From the NCBI GenBank assembly GCA_027310965.1, contig DAICZW010000003.1, positions 1 to 38,644 of the forward strand: a stretch of 38,644 nucleotides of DNA. The letters run 5' to 3'. Positions within the stretch are counted from its first letter, which is position 1. Each line of letters opens with the position of its first letter. The position numbers and the translations under genes are program-made. The notes beneath the pieces are model-generated. The model was not told the DNA's origin. It did no database searches and saw nothing but the letters and a program-made list of their open reading frames with translations. Of the stretch, positions 24,781 through 30,964 are shown one piece after another. The stretch comes from a bacterium. GTDB lineage: Bacteria > Patescibacteriota > Minisyncoccia > UBA6257 > 2-01-FULL-56-20.

Positions 24781-25563
24781 TTACGGATGCGGAATGGCGA
24801 CGAACTTCGACGATCCCAATCCTTCAAGCGCCGGTTTTTTGATGCCGATCTCTTTTTCCCAAAAAGCATCATCGTTTAAAAGTTCGATGATCCACGGAAA
24901 ATGCGCATCCTGCGAAAATATCACGCCGCCGGATGAAGTAAGCGGATAGAGCGCGCGCAGACAATCTTCGGTCGATTGCACAAGATCGACATTCACGCAG
25001 GCAGCCGCGACTTCATCGCGAAAACCGGGCATGGTGTCCGAAAAAAATCCCTTATGGAATTCCGTACGGCTCACGTCGCCGAATTTTCGGACATTCCCGC
25101 GCACTTCTTCAAGTCCGACCGCATGGCTGCCTTTCGGAAAATGATGTTCGCGGCCATAAATGCTTTTGCCGTGCGTCTCGGTATTTTCAGGCATGCCTTC
25201 GAACGAATCGAAAACGTGGAACGGCCGATTCGCGAGACGGGCGACAAGGCTGAATTTCGCGGTGCTGCCGCCGTGGAACGCGCCGGCTTCGACGATGGCG
25301 CCCGGAACGTCCGCCCCGAGGTTCAAGATAGAGCGCGCGATGGCAAGCATTTCATTTTCGGTGTGCGGACAGTCGACGTAATAGGAAATGGCATAAAAAT
25401 TTTTGATAAGCGAAAGCCGCTCGCCGAACGTGGTGGACGATTTCGTTTTATGAAACAGGAATCCGAGCGCGGCGGGAACATCCTGCGGCAGGTAATAAAT
25501 TTTTCTGTACAAATAATGCAGCGGCCACGGCGTTATCCGTTTGATGCGGCTTCGGATGGTCAT
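24781..25563 (-). CDS. TylF/MycF-family SAM-dependent O-methyltransferase
   Basis: Motifs IVEAGAFHGGSTAKF and VFDSFEGMPE. Confidence 0.7.
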   Translation of the reverse strand: MTIRSRIKRITPWPLHYLYRKIYYLPQDVPAALGFLFHKTKSSTTFGERLSLIKNFYAISYYVDCPHTENEMLAIARSILNLGADVPGAIVEAGAFHGGSTAKFSLVARLANRPFHVFDSFEGMPENTETHGKSIYGREHHFPKGSHAVGLEEVRGNVRKFGDVSRTEFHKGFFSDTMPGFRDEVAAACVNVDLVQSTEDCLRALYPLTSSGGVIFSQDAHFPWIIELLNDDAFWEKEIGIKKPALEGLGSSKFVAIPHP

Positions 25564-25570
25564 AATGTTG

Positions 25571-26317
25571 TTATTTTTCGGTTATTTTTTGTTCATCGAT
25601 CCGCCGCACCAAAACGAACGGCGTCATTTTATTTCCCTGCCCGAGCGGATTATCAAGGAGGACGAGGCGCACCGTTTTCTTGTCGAGCCCCACGCCGCGG
25701 CTCACGCCGAGCACTTTCACGTTAATGAAATTCGCGTCCGCGGTAACGGCCGGCATGCCGAGTTTCTTTTCCACCTCTTCGCAGTCGCGCTGGGGATCGG
25801 CGGGCGGCAGCACGGCCCATTCCGTGTAGGGATACATATCTTCGGGAATAAAACCGTCGATCTCCGACACGCGATGGCCGGCAACAATCCAGAAAATTCC
25901 CCGTATGCCGACAAGCTTGCCAATGCCGCCGATGATCATCGCCAAAATAATCCGCAGCCGGCCCGCTTCCTCGATGGCGACCTGGATTTTCTCTGGATTG
26001 TCCCACGCCGTCATATTTTTATGCTTCATAACTCCTTTTTGCACGAGCCGCGCGAGCCATGTCACTTTCACCGTCGCAATATGCCGCACGCGGTTCTGCG
26101 AAATGGAAATGAGCTTTTCGGAAAGCGCCACCCAGTCGCCGGACTTGAAATGCGGCTTCACGAATTCCGTCAATATTTTTTCCAAATCTTCGCCGAATGC
26201 GATGAGGCGCGGCACTTTAATCGGGAAACGTTCGTACGTGACGCCGTCAACCGTAATAAGCCGTCCCGGCTGGATGCCCGGCGGCGTCTTCGTATCCGGC
26301 AGATTTGATTCCATCAT
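25571..26317 (-). CDS. CofE-like (F420-0:gamma-glutamyl ligase family, PF01996-like) protein
   Basis: GDWVALSEKLISISQNR, LPPADPQRDCEEVEKKLG and LLDNPLGQGNKMTPFVLVRR resemble the CofE fold motifs. Start at ATG 26315-26317. Confidence 0.55.
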   Translation of the reverse strand: MMESNLPDTKTPPGIQPGRLITVDGVTYERFPIKVPRLIAFGEDLEKILTEFVKPHFKSGDWVALSEKLISISQNRVRHIATVKVTWLARLVQKGVMKHKNMTAWDNPEKIQVAIEEAGRLRIILAMIIGGIGKLVGIRGIFWIVAGHRVSEIDGFIPEDMYPYTEWAVLPPADPQRDCEEVEKKLGMPAVTADANFINVKVLGVSRGVGLDKKTVRLVLLDNPLGQGNKMTPFVLVRRIDEQKITEK

Positions 26318-26423
26318 AATGGTGATTATTATACAGGAAAAATAACACGCGTGCCACGGCGGGATAGTACAACTGCTTGCAACACAGAAATCGGATGGTA
26401 TGATGAAATAAAGTAAATGCATC

Positions 26424-26438
26424 ACGAAAATTTTTCGT
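26424..26438. promoter_or_regulatory. operator-like palindrome in the divergent CofE-like/PALP spacer
   Basis: ACGAAAA-t-TTTTCGT lies 29 nt upstream of the PALP start. Confidence 0.25.
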
Positions 26439-26466
26439 AAAAAACTTTTAAAAATACGTTCAAAAA

Positions 26467-27513
26467 ATGAGAAAACTCACGCAATCGCAAAAAGACGAAA
26501 TGCGCGCGCGGCTGCTTGATATAATGGAGCACCGCCTGCCTCCGCTCAGGACGATCCTGACGCCCGACAGCACGAAAGAGGAACCGTGGTTCCGCGAATC
26601 GGGTATTGAAAAAATACTCAAAAAATATGCGTTTTTCGGAGCCGAGATGCGGGCGCATAACGGCAAAAGCGCGCCCGCGTTCATGGCGTGGCTTATGGAC
26701 GAAAAAGCGGGAAAATTCAACAAGGACATTATGGTCATCGGCGCGACATCGGGCAATTGGGGAATGGCATCAGGTCTTATTGCGCCGATGTTTGACGTCA
26801 AAGGATTTTCCGCCGTGATCGAAAGAACGGTTCCAAAAGGAAAGCAAAATCAGCTCATCGCTGCCGGCGCGGAAATCATCTATGCGCCCGACGGCGTCTC
26901 ATCCATCGAACACGCGCAGGCGCTCGCCGAAAAATATCCGGAACAATATCATTTCATCAACCAATATATTCACGAAGGAAGCGTTCTCGGCCATAAGTGG
27001 CCGATGGATCACATTGCCCGCGAACTGGCGCGGCTCGGCGAAACGCCGTCGATCTTCGCCGCGACGACCGGCACCTGTTCGACTATCATGGCGGCAAAAC
27101 GTTATTTGAAAAGCGGATTCCCGCAGATGAAAATACTGGGCGTGGCATCGATGTCAAACAATGAAAAAGTGCACGGAAGCCGGTCGCCGGAAGGACTCGC
27201 CGAACTGAAAAAATTTCCCGGATCGTTCCAATACGAGGACATCGTCGACTTTCCGCTTATGACCGGCATCACGAAGCGGGAGGCCTACGTCATGAGCGCC
27301 GAATTCTACCAGCAATATTACCATTCACTGGGACCGACCTCGATGCTGCTCGAAGCAGGAACGTATCGCTTTTTAAAAGATCATTGGGAACGCCACGGGA
27401 ATTTCGACGCGCTTAAAAACAAAAACGGTGAAATCGTCATGGTTTCGTTTTTTATGGATATGCATCTCCCCTACCTTGACGATCCCGACGTTCTCGCGGC
27501 ATTCGCCAGTTAG
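26467..27513 (+). CDS. diverged PLP-dependent enzyme of the CysK/Trp-synthase-beta (PALP) fold
   Basis: GATSGNWGMASGLIA corresponds to the TSGNTG motif, and TTGTCSTIMAAKRYLK sits where the phosphate loop is expected. The Lys region reads HNGKSAP. Confidence 0.6.
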   Translation: MRKLTQSQKDEMRARLLDIMEHRLPPLRTILTPDSTKEEPWFRESGIEKILKKYAFFGAEMRAHNGKSAPAFMAWLMDEKAGKFNKDIMVIGATSGNWGMASGLIAPMFDVKGFSAVIERTVPKGKQNQLIAAGAEIIYAPDGVSSIEHAQALAEKYPEQYHFINQYIHEGSVLGHKWPMDHIARELARLGETPSIFAATTGTCSTIMAAKRYLKSGFPQMKILGVASMSNNEKVHGSRSPEGLAELKKFPGSFQYEDIVDFPLMTGITKREAYVMSAEFYQQYYHSLGPTSMLLEAGTYRFLKDHWERHGNFDALKNKNGEIVMVSFFMDMHLPYLDDPDVLAAFAS

Positions 27514-27631
27514 AAAAAGAAGAGATAACTCATTACTTATAATTAAGCATTGCATTCCCTCCGTCGTCCCCTCACACTGCCTCCCTTTTTTTCCATCTTT
27601 TTCTTAATCGCTCATTGTTTTTCCTTTCGGG

Positions 27632-27764
27632 TCTGTCATCTCGGAATTTTGAGGCTTTGCGAAAAATATCCGAGATCCAGGATGAACCCTCTTCATTATT
27701 CAATTCAAATTAATCCTGGATTCCAGATAAACACTCGAAAACGCGCGTTTTCCGAAATGACAGA
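27632..27764. repeat. 133-nt element bounded by 15-nt inverted repeats, with three internal hairpins
   Basis: TCTGTCATCTCGGAA (27632-27646) pairs with TTCCGAAATGACAGA (27750-27764), 14 of 15. Internal pairs are ATCTCGGA/TCCGAGAT, ATCCAGGAT/ATCCTGGAT and GAAAACGC|GCGTTTTC. Confidence 0.65.
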
Positions 27765-27803
27765 AAGAGAATAATGTTAATGAACATCATCGCTGTTTCT
27801 TAA

Positions 27804-27835
27804 AGCGTGAATCCTCGCCCAGGTCGAGAACAATG
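27804..27835 (-). repeat. REP-like short hairpin element
   Basis: The plus strand reads AGCGTGAATCCTCGCccaggtCGAGAACAATG, the same flanks as the copy at 6204-6236. Confidence 0.55.
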
Positions 27836-27968
27836 AAATGAACTGGCGCATCGAATCAATATATGCTATTCTATAAATAGAATTTGGGTGCGGGAATTCT
27901 GGAAAATTTCGTCTTTTTTAGACGGATTCCGGCCAGTTCTTTAACAACTTAATAAGGAGGTGAGAAAA

Positions 27969-28010
27969 ATGAAACAGAAGCGGATAAGACCGCCGAAAAA
28001 TCCATTTTAA
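27969..28010 (+). CDS. mini-ORF 1 (13 codons, MKQKRIRPPKNPF) behind a perfect Shine-Dalgarno
   Basis: TAAGGAGGTGA (27953-27963) is an 11-nt complement of the canonical 16S 3' tail. There are 8 nt from GGAGG to the ATG. Confidence 0.4.
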   Translation: MKQKRIRPPKNPF

Positions 28011-28120
28011 GGGAAAAGAAGTCAGTGTTACAATGTAAAAACGCCTCGCACTTAGGCGTGCGGCTGGGAAATTCTCCTATTTAATGATTTTTAAAAAAAT
28101 TTAAAAAGGAGGTGTTTACC

Positions 28121-28150
28121 ATGAGAGGTTTAGATGAAAGAGAATTATAA
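28121..28150 (+). CDS. mini-ORF 2 (9 codons, MRGLDEREL) behind a strong Shine-Dalgarno
   Basis: AAGGAGGTG (28106-28114) has the same 8-nt spacing to the ATG. The stop codon is embedded in the 18-nt palindrome AGAGAATTA|TAATTCTCT (28139-28156). Confidence 0.35.
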   Translation: MRGLDEREL

Positions 28151-28168
28151 TTCTCTTTCCAAAACATA

Positions 28169-28207
28169 ACGACACTTCACAATGAAGCGTCGTTTTTTAT
28201 TTTTTTA
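28169..28207 (+). terminator. intrinsic terminator closing the mini-ORF unit
   Basis: Interrupted stem ACGAC-a-CTTCA / TGAAG-c-GTCGT is followed by TTTTTTATTTTTTT. Confidence 0.6.
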
Positions 28208-28235
28208 ATAACAGCATCAAAAACCGCCGTCAAAA

Positions 28236-29285
28236 TCATCCTGATGCATGCGGTTCCGGTTCACGGCCGGAAAGCAACGGATAAATATCCAACAGCGCAA
28301 AGAAAAATGCCAGCGCCAGCGGGCCGATAAGGAATCCGATAAGGCCAAACACGCTGATGCCGCCCAGTACGGAAAGCAGGATCAGAAACGGATGGGCGTT
28401 CAGGCCGCGGCGCTTGAGTTGCGGCGAAAGAAGATTATCGACGCCGTTCATGGAAACGACGATCCACCAGACGAACAACCCGATGCCGGCGATGATATGG
28501 CCGGTCGCAAAAAGATAGACGATGGCGGGAATATCCACGATTGAAGTTCCCACCATCGGGATGAGCGCGGCAACAACGGCAAGCGATCCCCAGAACGCCG
28601 CGTTCGGGATGCCGAATATCCAAAAACCGGCGATGGCCTCGACGCCATGAATCAGGGCGATCGCGAGCGATCCGCCAACCACCGAATAGATCGCCCGCTC
28701 CATCCGGTCGATCACGCGTTTTGAATAGCGCTGCTCAAGCGGAATAAGCGATGCGATTTTATCGCGAAGCGCATTGCCGTCCGTAAGAAGATAAAACATT
28801 CCGAACAGGCTCAGGAATAACACGAGCGCGAACTGCGCAAGACCGCCGACGAACGGCAGCAGATTCTGCACAACCCAGCCCAGCGCCATGCTGAGATAAT
28901 TCGTGATGTCTATCTGCGGGAAATCAAAACCGCTGAAATGCCGCGCGAGAAAACCGTTCACGATCGCGCCAAGATGCACTTCATTGCCGCCCGCAAACCA
29001 TCCGTAGAGATGCATCGCCTGCCCAAAAATGAGCGTCGCAAGAAAACTGAACGGCACCAGCACGATAAGGATAACGGTAAGCACCGTGATAAGCGCCGCA
29101 AGCCAGTCATAACGGACCAGTTTACGAAGACCGCGATACAACGGATTGAAAACGACGGCAAAGACGATTGCGAAAACGACCACCGAAAGGTATGGCAGGA
29201 AAATATAAACGACAAGCGCGGCCGACGCGAGGAAGAGCGCGACGAGAAAATGATTCCCGAATTGCTTCGGATCCTTCGGTTCCAT
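28236..29285 (-). CDS. AI-2E (PerM/UPF0118) family transporter
   Basis: ~8 TM helices with LIPMVGTSIVDIPAIVYL-type motifs. Start at ATG 29283-29285. Confidence 0.75.
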   Translation of the reverse strand: MEPKDPKQFGNHFLVALFLASAALVVYIFLPYLSVVVFAIVFAVVFNPLYRGLRKLVRYDWLAALITVLTVILIVLVPFSFLATLIFGQAMHLYGWFAGGNEVHLGAIVNGFLARHFSGFDFPQIDITNYLSMALGWVVQNLLPFVGGLAQFALVLFLSLFGMFYLLTDGNALRDKIASLIPLEQRYSKRVIDRMERAIYSVVGGSLAIALIHGVEAIAGFWIFGIPNAAFWGSLAVVAALIPMVGTSIVDIPAIVYLFATGHIIAGIGLFVWWIVVSMNGVDNLLSPQLKRRGLNAHPFLILLSVLGGISVFGLIGFLIGPLALAFFFALLDIYPLLSGREPEPHASG

Positions 29286-29291
29286 ACAACT

Positions 29292-29297
29292 ATTATA
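29292..29297 (-). promoter_or_regulatory. consensus -10 TATAAT, 6 nt before the AI-2E start (leaderless geometry)
   Basis: The minus strand reads TATAAT-agttgt-ATG. Confidence 0.4.
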
Positions 29298-29422
29298 GCA
29301 CATTCCGCCGCCGTCGCGCGGCTCCTTAAACGCGAAGAACGCAAAAAAAGAATTCCGAAAAACTTGAAAAACAATCGTGTGTACGGTACCATCAACCCAT
29401 TCAGCAAAAAACGGTAAAAAAA

Positions 29423-29587
29423 ATAGGACCTACGCATTTGAAAAAAATATAAGAAAATATCTTAAACCGCAGCGGACAAGGCCCGTCCCTTCGTTATTTT
29501 CCGATTATTTTCATCGCCGCAGCCGGACTACATCCCGGAAAATAACCGGAAAATGCCCCGTACCCGGCGCACGTGCGTACGTCCTAA
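29423..29587 (+). repeat. ~170-nt terminally inverted element, copy C
   Basis: ATAGGACCTACGCATTTGAAAAAAA ... CACGTGCGTACGTCCTAA. It is collinear with copy A and ends 10 nt before the tig ATG. Confidence 0.8.
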
Positions 29588-29597
29588 AAATAAATTT

Positions 29598-30710
29598 ATG
29601 CCGACCCATTACGAAAATCTAAAAAAAATAAACGAAAAGGACGGCGTAATCGCTTTCCAGGCGGATATCCCCCTCGCAATCCTTGAAAAAAATATAGGCG
29701 AGGCCGTAATCCGCGAAGCCGCCGATTTTGCGCTCCCGGGATTCCGCAAAGGCAAAGTACCGGAACATATCGTCCGCCAGCACATCAGCGAAATGGACCT
29801 TCTTGAAGATGCGGCGCACGCAGAATTCCGTGACGCCATCCGCGAAATAATCGCCGACGAAAAACTTTCGATCATCGGTGCGCCGCAGGTCACGATTACG
29901 AAGATCGCGCTCAAAAATCCCGTCACTTTCACGGCGCGGTTCGCCCTTTATCCGGAATTCACGCTCCCCGATTACAAAAAAATCGGGCGCGGCATCGCGG
30001 AACGAAAAGAACCGTCCGGCGTTGATGAAAAAGATATCGATACCGCGATCGCGCGCATCCAAAAAATGACGGCACCACGGGAAGATCGCGAAACAGACAC
30101 GGAAAAAGAAAAAAACGCCAAGGGAAGCGGCACGGAAGATGAAGATAAAAAGGAAAACGCTCCCCTCCCGCCGCTCACGGACGATTTCGTGAAACAGTTC
30201 GGAAATTTTGAAAACGTCGCGGCATTCCGCGCGGAGGTGAAAAAACAGCTCGAACAGGAAAAAGAAACGCAGATCAAAGAATCCAAACGCGAGGAAACCG
30301 TCAAAAAAATAATGGCATCATCGAAGATTAAAATTCCGGCGCTGCTTATCGACGAAGAATTTTACGATTTCATGGAGCGGCGCGACGCGGAACTTGAACG
30401 GGCGGGCATGTCGCTTGAGGAATATCTGAAAGAAATCAAGAAAACGGAGAATGAGCTCGAACAGGAAGAGCGGCAATTGATCGAGGACCGGATAAAAATG
30501 AGTTTAGTTATGGGCGAAATCAGAAAAAAAGAATCTATTGAAGCGACCGAGGACGAAGTCCATAAATACATTCCCTCGCTCAAATACCGCTATCCCGACC
30601 GCAGCGAAGAGGACATGCACCGGACTGCGGAGGCATACATCATCCAGGAAAAACTGTTCGATATGCTGGAAGGAAAAAACGAAACCGGCGATGCTGTTCC
30701 GCTTTCATAA
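29598..30710 (+). CDS. tig: trigger factor lacking the PPIase domain
   Basis: The ribosome-binding signature LPGFRKGKVP and C-terminal arm motifs (LPPLTDDFVKQFG...) are present. Start at ATG 29598, because the track start lies in the repeat. Confidence 0.85.
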   Translation: MPTHYENLKKINEKDGVIAFQADIPLAILEKNIGEAVIREAADFALPGFRKGKVPEHIVRQHISEMDLLEDAAHAEFRDAIREIIADEKLSIIGAPQVTITKIALKNPVTFTARFALYPEFTLPDYKKIGRGIAERKEPSGVDEKDIDTAIARIQKMTAPREDRETDTEKEKNAKGSGTEDEDKKENAPLPPLTDDFVKQFGNFENVAAFRAEVKKQLEQEKETQIKESKREETVKKIMASSKIKIPALLIDEEFYDFMERRDAELERAGMSLEEYLKEIKKTENELEQEERQLIEDRIKMSLVMGEIRKKESIEATEDEVHKYIPSLKYRYPDRSEEDMHRTAEAYIIQEKLFDMLEGKNETGDAVPLS

Positions 30711-30871
30711 GAAAAAATTTATAGCCGTATGGATTGAGAGCAGAAAGTCATAGGTTTTCTGGTAGATGATAAGGTCGTCGAACATTGCCGGAAAGAAATT
30801 TCGAAAAGTTAAAAAACACAAAGAAAGAAGGTTCACTCTATTGAATAACCTGATTTTCGACTGTATCCGGC

Positions 30872-30953
30872 GGGGAGAAAGAAAGAAAGTTAAGAGGGAA
30901 AGAAGAAGAGAAGAGAAAAGAAAAGAAGGAAGAAAAACCAAAGGGACAAAGAG
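30872..30953 (+). repeat. polypurine tract (46-nt uninterrupted A/G run at 30892-30937)
   Basis: GGGGAGAAAGAAAGAAAG..AAGAGGGAAAGAAGAAGAGAAGAGAAAAGAAAAGAAGGAAGAAAAA, in the convergent tig/pilin spacer. Confidence 0.85.
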
Positions 30954-30964
30954 ACGAATTTTAT

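Noticed and set aside
27373-27774. 60-aa minus-strand ORF (27373-27555) and 74-aa plus-strand ORF (27550-27774) in or next to the large gene-free region
   Set aside because: The first is antisense to the 3' end of the PALP gene, and its SD-like box directly abuts the ATG. The second starts at TTG, runs through inverted-repeat and hairpin elements, and has no family features.
27884-27968. Assigning the mini-ORF 1 leader to a known riboswitch class (preQ1, fluoride, guanidine, ZTP)
   Set aside because: By eye I could not match any of the conserved cores of these classes. It needs an Infernal scan, so it is left unclassified.
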